Assembly: GCA_024653345.1 (NCBI GenBank)
Contig: JANLFV010000002.1
Location: 4,830 to 68,829, forward strand
Source: Candidatus Acetothermia bacterium
GTDB taxonomy: Bacteria; Bipolaricaulota; Bipolaricaulia; RBG-16-55-9; JANLFV01
DNA: 64,000 nucleotides
Reading direction: 5' to 3'
The stretch's first letter is position 1; each line of letters begins with the position of its first letter. The notes beneath the pieces are model-generated. The model saw nothing but the letters and a program-made list of their open reading frames with translations. It had not been told where the DNA came from and made no database searches. The position numbers and the translations under genes are program-made. This document shows positions 11,303-20,509 of this stretch, piece after piece.

Positions 11303-12306
11303 TTGGCCCTCCTCGCCGGGGGGCAGACCCGCGCCCAGAGGGAGTAGAGTGCCGGGAGCAGGCCCCGCCGGGCGAAGAAGATCAGCAGGATCAGGATAAC
11401 AAGGAAGATCAGGACATTCCACTTCTCGAGGAACCCGAGCGAGGGGGAGAGTGCGGCGAGCTCCTTGAACCACTCCTGGCCGCCGACGAGCAGGTAGGCC
11501 CCGACGAGCGGGCCGCTGATCGTCCCCATTCCCCCGGCCACGGCAGCGACGATCAGCTGGACCGAGAGGGTGAGGGTGAGGATCGTCGAGGGGATGAGGC
11601 TCTCCCAATAGTGGACATAGAGGGCGCCGCCCAGCCCGGCGATGAGCGAGCTGATGATGAACGAGAGGATCTTATACTTCGCGGTGTTGATCCCCGCCGC
11701 CTCGACCGCCTCCTCGTTCTCCCGGATCGCCTCGAAGACCTTCCCCACCTTAGACCGGGCGATCAGCAGGAGCACCACGGCCGTGAGGAGCATCAGGCCG
11801 AGGGAGTAGAAGTAGTTGACCCGCTGGTGGGCGAGGAAGCCGCGCGCCCTGCTGAGCGGGGTCAGCCCGAACTGCCCCAGCTCCCCGCCGGTGAAGTTGG
11901 AGAAGATCAGGACGAACTTCATCGCCACGATCGGCAGGATCAGGGTCATGAGCGAGAAGTATGGCCCGCGGAGGCGGAGTGCGGGGACGGCCACGAAAAG
12001 GCCCATCAGGACCGCGGCGATTACGCCGGCGGGAATGGAGAGCCAGAGGGGAAGCTTCAGGTGGAAGTTGAGCAGCGCGCTGGTGTAGCCGGCCGCGCCG
12101 ATAAAGAAGGCATGGCCGAAGCTGATCTGCCCCGTGTAGCCGGAGAGGATGTCCCAGCTCATGGCGAAGACGGCGAGAAAATTGGCCTGGGTCAGGACGC
12201 TGATCCAGTGCGGGGCATTGACCCTCATCAGCAAGGACGGCGAGAGGACCAGCAGCACGACGAGGCCTGCGTAGAACAGATACTTGCCGTGCCGGAGATA
12301 GCTCAC
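11299..12306 (-). CDS. livM: branched-chain amino acid ABC transporter permease LivM-like
   Basis: 335 aa polytopic permease of the Liv family. Confidence 0.85.
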   Translation of the reverse strand: MSYLRHGKYLFYAGLVVLLVLSPSLLMRVNAPHWISVLTQANFLAVFAMSWDILSGYTGQISFGHAFFIGAAGYTSALLNFHLKLPLWLSIPAGVIAAVLMGLFVAVPALRLRGPYFSLMTLILPIVAMKFVLIFSNFTGGELGQFGLTPLSRARGFLAHQRVNYFYSLGLMLLTAVVLLLIARSKVGKVFEAIRENEEAVEAAGINTAKYKILSFIISSLIAGLGGALYVHYWESLIPSTILTLTLSVQLIVAAVAGGMGTISGPLVGAYLLVGGQEWFKELAALSPSLGFLEKWNVLIFLVILILLIFFARRGLLPALYSLWARVCPPARRAK

Positions 12307-13595
12307 CGCAACTCCCTTCCGAAGAGGCCGCTCGGCCTAAGGATAAGGATGAGGACGAGGAGGATCAAGGAGGGGAGCCCGCGCCAGTTCGGCCCTAAGC
12401 CCGGGGCATAGACGGTCAGGGTCTCCAGGAAGCCGACCATATACGCGGCCAGGAGCGAGCCCTGGATGTTCCCCAGCCCACCGAGGATCACGATGGCGAA
12501 CGCTATGACCAGAGGGTCGCGCCACATGGTGGGGAGGATCGCCAGCTGCATGGCGAAGAAGACCCCCGCCACGCCCGCGAGCGCCCCGGAGATGGTCCAG
12601 GTGATGACATACACCTGCTCCGGATCGATCCCCACCAGGGCCGCCCCGATCCGGTCCTGGGCCGTGGCCAGGATCGCCTTCCCCCGCTTCGTCAAGCGGA
12701 CGAAGAACCACAGCAGCCCGATCGCCAGCCAGGAGACCCCGAAGGCGAGGATCTTGGTGTTCCCGAGCTTCACCCCCAGGACGGTCGTATCTCCAGGGAT
12801 CAAGGGGAGGAGAATCCCTGCGCTCTCGCCGAAGAGGACCCGCACGAGCTCCTCCAGTCCCAGGGCGAGGGCCAGGGTGACGATCATCGTCACGACGCTC
12901 GACTGCTGGACATAGCGGATGAGGCCGGTAGTGAAGAGCGTGGCGAAGGCCGAGGCCACAGCGAGGGCCAGCCAGGGATTGAGCTTGAAGATCACCGCCC
13001 CGACATAGGTGACATAAGGCAGGAAGATGAGAAGGAGCCCGGGCCCATCGCCCCTGATCCAGCCTTGCCTCCTGCCCCAGGCGAAGAGCGCGGCCAGGAG
13101 CAGGGCTACCGGAATGGCCGAGCAGAGCTCCAGCCTCAGCAGCGGCCGGCCGAGGTAGTAGAGCAGTGCCGCGATCAGGATTCCAAAGGAGTAGGGGTGC
13201 AGCCTGGGGTAGCGGTAGGCGATCAGCCCGAAGGTCAGGCCCGATGCCAGGGCAAGCCCGAGCGATGGCAGGAGGCTGAGCTGCCCGACGGAGGCGGCCA
13301 GGTAGTAGCCGGCGTGGGCGGCAACGAGGGTGGCGATCGGCCGGGCATAGCGCGTGAAGCCGCTGTAGATCGCGAGGGCAAGGAGTGTCGCGAAGGCCAT
13401 CGCCAGGGCAGCGGAGAGGCCGATGCTCAGGTGGAGGTAGACCCTGGCGGCGAATGCAGTGTAGGCTGCGGCCATGAGGAGCGCCCCGTGGGCCAGGTTT
13501 AGGACCCCCCCGACCCCGAAGATCATGGTAAAGCCGATGGCCACGAGGGCGTAGAGCGAGCTGATCGCGAGCGAGAAGAGGATTATCTCAGCCAT
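12303..13595 (-). CDS. livH: branched-chain amino acid ABC transporter permease LivH-like (extended)
   Basis: 430 aa polytopic permease, longer than a typical LivH. Confidence 0.8.
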   Translation of the reverse strand: MAEIILFSLAISSLYALVAIGFTMIFGVGGVLNLAHGALLMAAAYTAFAARVYLHLSIGLSAALAMAFATLLALAIYSGFTRYARPIATLVAAHAGYYLAASVGQLSLLPSLGLALASGLTFGLIAYRYPRLHPYSFGILIAALLYYLGRPLLRLELCSAIPVALLLAALFAWGRRQGWIRGDGPGLLLIFLPYVTYVGAVIFKLNPWLALAVASAFATLFTTGLIRYVQQSSVVTMIVTLALALGLEELVRVLFGESAGILLPLIPGDTTVLGVKLGNTKILAFGVSWLAIGLLWFFVRLTKRGKAILATAQDRIGAALVGIDPEQVYVITWTISGALAGVAGVFFAMQLAILPTMWRDPLVIAFAIVILGGLGNIQGSLLAAYMVGFLETLTVYAPGLGPNWRGLPSLILLVLILILRPSGLFGRELR

Positions 13596-13659
13596 GCCGT
13601 TAGCCTAACCTCTAGCCGTCAGCTCGAGAGCAAGAGCTAATCGCTAGAGGCCGAGGGCC

Positions 13660-14817
13660 TCAATATCCCCCCCGCTTGAGGACATCCCGGGCGATCACCA
13701 GTCGCTGGATCTCGCTCGTCCCCTCGAAGAGCCGGTTGATCCGGGCGTCGCGATAGAACCGCTCGACGGGGTATTCCTTGATATAGCCGTAGCCGCCGTG
13801 GATCTGGACGGCCATGTCCGCGGCCTCGCCCAGCCACTCGCTCCCCAAGAGCTTGGAGATCGAGGCCTCCCGGATGAACTCCTTCCCGCTGTCGAAGAGC
13901 CAGGCCGCGCGATAGACCATCGACTCGAGCGCGTAGATCTTGGCGGCCATGTCCGCGAGCATGAACTGGATCACCTGCTGCTGGGCGATCGGCTTCCCGA
14001 ACTGGATCCGCTGCTGGGCATACTGGGTGCAGACCTCGAGCAATTCCTTCATCCCCCCGAGGCAGCCCGCGGCCAGGCTCGTCCGGCCGTAGTCGAGGAC
14101 GGTCAAGGCCAGCTTGAAGCCCCCGCCAACCTCGCCCAGGACGTTCTCCTTGGGGACCTTGACATCCTTGAAGCTGAGGGCGGCCGTGGGGCAGCCGTGG
14201 AGCCCCATCTTCTCCTCCACATGGTCGACGGAGAAGCCGGGCATCCCCTTCTCCACAATGAAGCCGGTGATCCCTCCGCGCGGGCCGAGCGTGGGATCCG
14301 TCACGGCGAAGGTGACGATCACATCGGCGATGCTGCCGTTGGTGATGAAGATCTTCGTCCCATTCAGGACATAATGGTCCCCCCGCTCTTCGGCCCTCAT
14401 CCGGATCGAGCCGGCATCGCTCCCGGCCTCCGGCTCGGTGAGGGCATAGGCCCCGAGCTTCTTCCCCGCGGCCATCTCCGGGAGGAACCGCCGCTTCTGC
14501 TCCTCATTCCCGCCGATGAGGATCGTCGTCTCGGCCAGGCTCTCGTGGGCCCCGACGAGCACGGCCACGGCGGAGGAGCCGCGCGAGAGCTCCTCGACGA
14601 CGATGCAGTAGCCGATCTCGCCGAACCCCGAACCGCCATACTCCTCGGGGACAACGGCCCCGAAATAGCCGAGCTCGCCGATCTCGGCCAGCAGCTCGGG
14701 CGGGATGCGGTCCTCCTTGTCGATCTTGTCGGCGAGGGGCTTGATCCGCTCCTCGACGAACTCGTGGACCGAACGGCGTAGCAGTTTATGCTCCTCGGTG
14801 AACTCGAACTCGATCAT
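13660..14817 (-). CDS. acyl-CoA dehydrogenase
   Basis: 385 aa with ACAD N-terminal, middle and C-terminal domains. The catalytic-base region YEGTSEIQRLVIAR lies near the C-terminus. Confidence 0.9.
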   Translation of the reverse strand: MIEFEFTEEHKLLRRSVHEFVEERIKPLADKIDKEDRIPPELLAEIGELGYFGAVVPEEYGGSGFGEIGYCIVVEELSRGSSAVAVLVGAHESLAETTILIGGNEEQKRRFLPEMAAGKKLGAYALTEPEAGSDAGSIRMRAEERGDHYVLNGTKIFITNGSIADVIVTFAVTDPTLGPRGGITGFIVEKGMPGFSVDHVEEKMGLHGCPTAALSFKDVKVPKENVLGEVGGGFKLALTVLDYGRTSLAAGCLGGMKELLEVCTQYAQQRIQFGKPIAQQQVIQFMLADMAAKIYALESMVYRAAWLFDSGKEFIREASISKLLGSEWLGEAADMAVQIHGGYGYIKEYPVERFYRDARINRLFEGTSEIQRLVIARDVLKRGGY

Positions 14818-14827
14818 CGCTCTCTCC

Positions 14828-15610
14828 TTATCTGTCCTTGAATTGCGGCTGCCGCTTCTCGAGGAACGCTCGCGTCCCCTCGCGCATGTCCTCGGTGTCC
14901 GCCACGCGCCCGAACTGCTCCGTCTCCAGCTCCATCCCCGCGGCGAAGTCGGCCTTCAAGCCCCCGACGGTCGCCCGGAGGCCGGCAGCGAGGGCGATCT
15001 TCCCCTTTCGCATCAGCATCCCGGCGAGAGAGCGGGCCTCGCGGAGGAGATCGTCCTCAGGGACGACCCTGTTCACCAGGCCCCACTGCTCGGCCGCGCG
15101 GGCCATCACATTATTGCCGGTGAGGATCATCTCCAGAGCCCGGCCGCGCCCGATCGTCCGGGCCAGCCGCTGCGTCCCCCCGAAGCCGGGGATGATGCCT
15201 AGGTTGATCTCCGGCTGGCCGAAGACGGCGTTCTCCGCTGCAATCCGGAAGTGGCAGGCCAGGGCCAACTCCAGCCCGCCGCCGAGGCAGAAGCCGTGGA
15301 TCGCCGCGATCACGGGGATCTCCAGGTCCTCGATCTTATCGAGGAAGGCCTTCCCCTTCCGCACCAGTTCCTTGGCCTCAGCCCCGTTCTTGATCCGCTC
15401 GATCTCTTTGATGTCCGCCCCGGCGATGAAGACCCCGTCGAGGAGCGAGTTGATGATCAGGGCCTTCTTCTTCGGGTCGGCCCGGACCTGCTCGATCGCC
15501 GCGTCGATCTCGGCGATCGTCTCCGAGGAGAGGGCGTTGACCGGCGGCCGGTTGAGGGAGATCAGCGCCAGGGCCCCCTCGTCCTGGTAGGATAGGCTCT
15601 TGTAAGCCAT
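14828..15610 (-). CDS. enoyl-CoA hydratase (crotonase family)
   Basis: Crotonase fold. The start is trimmed to MAYKSLSYQDEGALALISLNRP at 15610, which has a GGAGGA ribosome-binding site. Confidence 0.85.
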   Translation of the reverse strand: MAYKSLSYQDEGALALISLNRPPVNALSSETIAEIDAAIEQVRADPKKKALIINSLLDGVFIAGADIKEIERIKNGAEAKELVRKGKAFLDKIEDLEIPVIAAIHGFCLGGGLELALACHFRIAAENAVFGQPEINLGIIPGFGGTQRLARTIGRGRALEMILTGNNVMARAAEQWGLVNRVVPEDDLLREARSLAGMLMRKGKIALAAGLRATVGGLKADFAAGMELETEQFGRVADTEDMREGTRAFLEKRQPQFKDR

Positions 15611-15727
15611 CGAGTTTCCTCCTTCCTTAGAATCGTTGCTCCGCCAGCTTGGGTGGCTCACCAGACAACCCTGCTCAGCGGAGCACGGGCTCCAGAACCT
15701 CTTCTTAACTTGCTTGCCTGCCCGGCG

Positions 15728-17407
15728 TCAAGTCTGCCCCTGGGCCTTCTGCAGCTCCTGCTGGCGGAGCTCACGCTTGAGGACCTTGCCCACCGCCGAC
15801 TTGGGGAGCGAGTCGCGGAACTCGATCAGGCGGGGAATCTTGTAGGCGGCGAGCCGCTCGCGGCAGAAGCTGGTGATCTCCTCCTCGTTCAGTTCCTCCC
15901 CGGCGCGGGGGACGATGAAGGCCTTGACCGTCTCGCCCCTGTATGGATCGGGAACCCCGATCACGGCCACCTCGGCCACCTGCGGATGCTGATAGAGGAC
16001 CTCTTCGACCTCGCGGGGGTAGACATTGTAGCCCGAGGCGATGATCATGTCCTTGGCCCGGTCAACGATGTAGAAGTAGCCCCGGTCGTCCATCCTGGCG
16101 ATATCACCGGTGTGGAGCCAGCCGCCCTTGAGGGCGTGGGCTGTCTCTTCCGGCTTGTTCCAGTAGCCCTTCATCACCTGCGGGCCGCGAACGACCAACT
16201 CCCCGACCTGGCCGATCGGCAAGTCTTCGCCCGTGACGGGATCGACGATCTTGGCCTCGGTGTCGGGGAAGGGGAGGCCGATCGAGCCGGCGATGTCCCG
16301 GCCATCGAGGGGATTGGAGTGGGTCACCGGCGAGGCCTCGGAGAGGCCGTAGCCCTCGACGAGCCGCCCGCCGGTCAGCTGCTCGAACCGCTTCTTGACC
16401 TCGACCGGGAGCGGGGCCGAGCCGGAGATGCACTCCTTGATCGAGCTGACCTTGTAGCGCTTGATGTGGGGATGGGTGTTGAAGGCCACATACATCGTCG
16501 GGGCGCCGGGGAAGATCGTCGGCTGATACTTGTTGATCGCCTCCAGGACCTCATCGATCCGGAACCGGGGGAGGAGGATCAGCGCCCCGCCGAGCGCGAC
16601 CGCGAGGTTCATCGCCACAGTCATCCCGTAGACATGAAAGAAGGGCAGGACCGCCAGGACCCGCTCCCGCCCCTCCTCAGCCTGGAGGAACCAGGCGCGG
16701 GACTGGAGGGCGTTGGCGATGAGGTTCTTGTGAGTGAGCATCGCCCCCTTCGGGACGCCGGTCGTCCCCCCGGTATACTGAAGGAGAGCCACATCTTCCT
16801 CCGGATCTATCTCCACCTCCGGCGGTCGCCGGCCGCGGTAGTGGCGGAGAAGGTCCTTCAGGCTGTAGAAGTCCTTCTCTGGGAGCTTGATCTGCTTCCC
16901 CTCCAGCCTCTGCTTGAGCGGATAGAGTGCGCGCTTCACCCGGGGAAGGAAGTCGGCGACGCTAGTGAGGACGAGCCGCTTCAGGCCGGTCTTGGCCCGG
17001 ACGCCCGCGGCCTTGGCGTAGAACGCATCTAGCGTGATCATCGTCTCTGCCCCCGAGTCCTGGACGAGCTCGACCAACTCCCGCTCGGTATACATCGGGT
17101 TGGTTTGGACCACGATGGCCCCCAGCTGGAGGGTGGCGTAGAAGGCGATGACGAACTGGGGGATGTTGGGGAGGTTGATCGAGACCCGATCGCCCTTGCG
17201 GACGCCGAGCTCGTGGAGCGCGGCGGCGCAGGCCTCGGTCAGCTCGGCAAACCGGCGGTAGCTGATCCGCTGGCCGAAGTAGATGATCGCGGGATTGGCG
17301 GGGAACCTCCGGGCTGTCTCCCCCAGGAGTTGGGAAAGGGAAAGACGCGGATAGACGAGGGAGTGGGGGACCTGCTTAGGATAGCTTGCCAGCCACAGCT
17401 TTTCCAG
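15728..17407 (-). CDS. long-chain fatty-acid--CoA ligase (FadD-like) with non-canonical start
   Basis: AMP-binding motif YTGGTTGVPKG is present. The conserved FadD N-terminus (LWLASYPKQVP...GVRKGDRVSINLPN) is encoded in frame upstream of the first GTG at 17113. No ATG/GTG/TTG occurs between the TGA at 17414-17416 and 17113. The probable start is CTG at 17407, 6 nt after an AAGGTGAT Shine-Dalgarno sequence. Confidence 0.75.
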   Translation of the reverse strand: MEKLWLASYPKQVPHSLVYPRLSLSQLLGETARRFPANPAIIYFGQRISYRRFAELTEACAAALHELGVRKGDRVSINLPNIPQFVIAFYATLQLGAIVVQTNPMYTERELVELVQDSGAETMITLDAFYAKAAGVRAKTGLKRLVLTSVADFLPRVKRALYPLKQRLEGKQIKLPEKDFYSLKDLLRHYRGRRPPEVEIDPEEDVALLQYTGGTTGVPKGAMLTHKNLIANALQSRAWFLQAEEGRERVLAVLPFFHVYGMTVAMNLAVALGGALILLPRFRIDEVLEAINKYQPTIFPGAPTMYVAFNTHPHIKRYKVSSIKECISGSAPLPVEVKKRFEQLTGGRLVEGYGLSEASPVTHSNPLDGRDIAGSIGLPFPDTEAKIVDPVTGEDLPIGQVGELVVRGPQVMKGYWNKPEETAHALKGGWLHTGDIARMDDRGYFYIVDRAKDMIIASGYNVYPREVEEVLYQHPQVAEVAVIGVPDPYRGETVKAFIVPRAGEELNEEEITSFCRERLAAYKIPRLIEFRDSLPKSAVGKVLKRELRQQELQKAQGQT

Positions 17408-17474
17408 TATCGATCACCTTCCTTGGGCCTGAGGGGGAGGCCCCTGATGAGGGCCTCCCCCGTTCTAGCGGCTA

Positions 17475-18761
17475 TCAGCGCATCCAGGGCGGCAGGAGGA
17501 AGCTGGTGTTCGCCCAGATGAGCGGCCAGATGACACCCTTGTTCCCACGAGCGTCGAGCTGCGTCTCGACCGGATAGATCAGGAGCGGCCCATACATGGA
17601 GTCGTGCGGGAAGGCATACGGGCCGTATTTCGGGTCGTCCGCGGCCGGGTTCATCCCGTAGAACTGGATCACGCCCGAGGCGCCGATCCAGCGGGTCTCC
17701 TCCAGGGCCGCGACCACGGCATTGGCATCGGTCGTCCCCGCCCTTGTGATGGCATCGGCGAGGAGATAGACCGAATCGTAGCCGATGCAGGCGGTGTAGA
17801 CCGGGGCCTTCCCATACTTCTCGACATAGGCCCGATAGAATGGCCTCGATCTGAAGGTGATCGCCACATCCGTGCCCGGACCGACGTCGGTCTGGACGAT
17901 CCCCGCGGCCAGGCCCTGGGTGGCCGCGAAGGCCTCCGGCCCCTGGAACGGTGCGTTGATCCCGAAGAGCGCGACAGGGACCCTGGCTGTGGCCCAAGCG
18001 GCCACGAAGGGGACGGCGATCGCCGGATGGTCGAAGACCGTGATCGCCGCGGAGGCGTCGCCCATCTGGGAGAAGATCGGCCCGAAGTCGGTCGTCCCCA
18101 GGGCGACGCGGATGCTGGCCACAACCTGCAGGCCATACCGCGGCAGCATCGCGTTCAGGAGATCCTCGACCGGCCTGGTCCAGAGCATGTCCTGAAGGAC
18201 CAGCGCCACCTTGTTGTTCCGCAACAGCCCCTTGCGGACTAGGTAGCCCGCGATGTAGTCGGCGGAGAACTCCAGGAGGTGGACCGCCAGGAAGTTCCCG
18301 TTGAGCATCGTGCGGAAGACATACTTATAGGTATTGTAGTCCTGGGCCACCGCCTGCGTCGCCCCCTGGTAAGTCGAGCCGGTGATGATGAGCGGGACCT
18401 GTAGGCGTGCCACATCCGGGAGGACGGCCATCACCACCTCGGAGCGGAAGAGCCCAATGAGGAATTGAGCCCCCTTCCGCACCACTAGCTCCTCGATCGC
18501 CGCCTTCCCCGTGGCCGGGTCCTGCTTGTCATCGGCGACCTCCATCCTCAGCATCCGGCCTAGCACCCCGCCATTGGCGTTGATCTCCTCGATCGCCAGC
18601 GCTATCCCGTTCGCGTTCCCCTCACCGACGAAGATCCCCATCGTCGAGGGTGCACCGATCACGATCTCCTCGGGGTCACCCAGGACCGCCGCCGTTGATC
18701 CGACCAAGCCACCCAACACCAGGACCAAGACCGCCAGTCTCAGTATCCTCTTCGTGTTCAC
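17475..18761 (-). CDS. ABC transporter substrate-binding protein (LivK/periplasmic binding protein family)
   Basis: 428 aa with a signal peptide and a type I periplasmic binding fold. It is the first gene of the minus-strand operon. Confidence 0.85.
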   Translation of the reverse strand: MNTKRILRLAVLVLVLGGLVGSTAAVLGDPEEIVIGAPSTMGIFVGEGNANGIALAIEEINANGGVLGRMLRMEVADDKQDPATGKAAIEELVVRKGAQFLIGLFRSEVVMAVLPDVARLQVPLIITGSTYQGATQAVAQDYNTYKYVFRTMLNGNFLAVHLLEFSADYIAGYLVRKGLLRNNKVALVLQDMLWTRPVEDLLNAMLPRYGLQVVASIRVALGTTDFGPIFSQMGDASAAITVFDHPAIAVPFVAAWATARVPVALFGINAPFQGPEAFAATQGLAAGIVQTDVGPGTDVAITFRSRPFYRAYVEKYGKAPVYTACIGYDSVYLLADAITRAGTTDANAVVAALEETRWIGASGVIQFYGMNPAADDPKYGPYAFPHDSMYGPLLIYPVETQLDARGNKGVIWPLIWANTSFLLPPWMR

Positions 18762-18908
18762 TGCTACCCCCTTTGCTGTCTAGCTTTCTCGCTCTGATCT
18801 CCCTTAGCACCAGGCTCTTTCCCCGCGTCTCACCTCCCTTCCCCGAGCAATCCTCGGCTCCGTCTGGCCCGGCTCCCGAGCTCAGCGGAGGCAAGGAGCA
18901 TCTTCATA

Positions 18909-18937
18909 TTTATAGCACGATAGGAGCGGATTGTCAA
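18909..18937 (-). promoter_or_regulatory. sigma-70 promoter (TTGACA-N17-TATAAA) driving the liv/beta-oxidation operon
   Basis: On the minus strand, TTGACA (reverse complement of 18932-18937), a 17-nt spacer, then TATAAA (reverse complement of 18909-18914). Confidence 0.45.
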
Positions 18938-19006
18938 TAGGACCTGGCGGCCCCGGGAGGGTTTGAGCCGACCGAAAGGCCGCGGGCGCGGCGGCGGTCG
19001 CGAACC

Positions 19007-19035
19007 TTGACAACCCGGCAGACCGCCGGTATAAT
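19007..19035 (+). promoter_or_regulatory. consensus sigma-70 promoter (TTGACA-N17-TATAAT) for the hsp20-sigma operon
   Basis: TTGACA at 19007-19012, a 17-nt spacer, then TATAAT at 19030-19035. Confidence 0.6.
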
Positions 19036-19070
19036 CCTCTTAGCAGTCGGAAGCCTTGACTGCTAAGAGG
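19036..19070. promoter_or_regulatory. CIRCE element (HrcA operator): TTAGCAGTC-N9-GACTGCTAA
   Basis: Perfect 13-bp inverted repeat CCTCTTAGCAGTC / GACTGCTAAGAGG with a 9-nt spacer. It differs from the CIRCE consensus TTAGCACTC-N9-GAGTGCTAA by one compensating pair. It lies immediately downstream of the -10 box and upstream of hsp20. Confidence 0.75.
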
Positions 19071-19103
19071 TGCGGAAAGCCTCTGTGAAAGGAGGGATAC
19101 ACC

Positions 19104-19553
19104 ATGGCAAGACTGCCGAGCATCTGGGAGGAGCCCTTCCGCCTCACCACGAGGCTAGGGCGCTGGATGGACGAGTTCTTCAGGGACTTCGAGAGCCCCT
19201 TCCTCGGCTGGGAGTCCCTGGGGAGGACTGACATCTACGAGGACGAGAAGGGGGAGGCGCTCGTCTACGAGACGGAGCTGCCCGGGGTGCGGAAGGAGGA
19301 GATCGACATCCGCGTCGAGGACAACCGCCTGATCGTCTCGGGCGAGGTGAAGCGCGACGAGCGGATCAGCGAGGAGAACTACCTCCGCATCGGGCGGCAC
19401 TACGGCCGGTTCCAGCGGACCTTCCCCCTGCCGGAGGAGATCGGTGATCCCAAGAAGATCCAGGCGAAGTTCGAGCACGGGATCCTCAAGATCACCGTCC
19501 CGCTGAAGGAGTCCCTGAAGAAGGCCAAGGTCATCGAGATCAAGGTCGAGTGA
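19104..19553 (+). CDS. Hsp20/alpha-crystallin family small heat-shock protein
   Basis: 149 aa with an alpha-crystallin domain (G.L.I..P) and an AAAGGAGGG ribosome-binding site. Confidence 0.9.
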   Translation: MARLPSIWEEPFRLTTRLGRWMDEFFRDFESPFLGWESLGRTDIYEDEKGEALVYETELPGVRKEEIDIRVEDNRLIVSGEVKRDERISEENYLRIGRHYGRFQRTFPLPEEIGDPKKIQAKFEHGILKITVPLKESLKKAKVIEIKVE

Positions 19554-19603
19554 GCCGAGGGGCGGGCAGCTTCATGCTGCCCGCCCTTGCAGAGGAGGGG
19601 ATC

Positions 19604-20509
19604 ATGGAGTATGATGGCACTGCGGTCTTAGAGCAAGAGGAGGAGCGCCTCGAGCGCGGGAAAATGGAGAGCCCAGCTACAGATAGCCTGGTCGAGATCT
19701 ATTTGCGGGATGCGAGCAAGGTCCCCCTGCTCACCCCCGAGGAGGAGGTGGAGCTGGCGAAGCGGATCAAGCAGGGCGACCGGAAGGCCGAGGAGAAGAT
19801 GGCCCTCGCCAACCTCAAGCTCGTCGTCTCGATCGCCAAGCGGTATGTCGGGTTCGGCCTCCCGCTGCTCGACCTGATCCAAGAGGGGAATATCGGCCTG
19901 ATGAAGGCCGTGGAGCGGTTCGACTACACCAAGGGCTACAAGTTCTCCACCTACGCCACCTGGTGGATCAGGCAGGCGATCGTCCGGGCTCTGGCGACCC
20001 AGTCCCGCCTCATCAGGCTCCCGGAGAACATTCTGGAGCTGATCCAGCAGATCAACCGTCTGGAAGAGGAGTATCTCTCGAAGCACGGTCGGCTCCCCTC
20101 GGAGGAGGAGTTGGCCGCGCGCCTCCAGATCACCCCGGAGCGGGTCCGCGAGGTGAAGGAGTTGGCCTTCACCAATGTCACCTCCCTCGAGACGCCTGTG
20201 GGGGAGGGGGAGGAAGAGACTCTAGGGGACTTCATCGCCGACGAGTTCACGCCCTCACCGGCGGTCGCGGCAGCCCGAGACTTGCTCAACGACGAGCTGG
20301 AGGACTTCCTCCAGCACCTACCTGACCGGGAGCGGCAGATCCTCGAGCTCCGGTATGGCCTGCGGGACGGCCGGCCCCGGACGCTCAAGGAGATCGGAGA
20401 GGCCCTGGGGATCTCGCGGGAGCGGGTGAGGCAGCTCGCAGAGGAGAGCCTCGCCCGGCTCGAGGGGCAGACTCGCCGACGGCTGGCCGGGCTGCGCAGC
20501 CTCTCCTAG
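19604..20509 (+). CDS. RNA polymerase sigma factor, sigma-70 family (regions 1.2-4, no region 1.1)
   Basis: Region 2 matches [10 protein letters not shown] and region 4.2 matches [18 protein letters not shown]. The start is trimmed to MEYDG at 19604, which has an AGAGGAGGGG ribosome-binding site. Confidence 0.85.
   Translation: MEYDGTAVLEQEEERLERGKMESPATDSLVEIYLRDASKVPLLTPEEEVELAKRIKQGDRKAEEKMALANLKLVVSIAKRYVGFGLPLLDLIQEGNIGLMKAVERFDYTKGYKFSTYATWWIRQAIVRALATQSRLIRLPENILELIQQINRLEEEYLSKHGRLPSEEELAARLQITPERVREVKELAFTNVTSLETPVGEGEEETLGDFIADEFTPSPAVAAARDLLNDELEDFLQHLPDRERQILELRYGLRDGRPRTLKEIGEALGISRERVRQLAEESLARLEGQTRRRLAGLRSLS

Noticed and set aside
10559-11608. Long N-terminal extensions of several called ORFs: LivG 10559-11608, RsmH 22657-23838, ferritin-like 34057-34659, thiolase 8700-9995.
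   Set aside because: The extensions overlap upstream genes and lack homology. Internal starts with good ribosome-binding sites were chosen instead.
17239-17997. 252-aa minus-strand ORF.
   Set aside because: It overlaps, in the wrong frame, the real N-terminal region of the acyl-CoA synthetase and the 3' end of the Liv binding-protein gene. It is a composition artefact.
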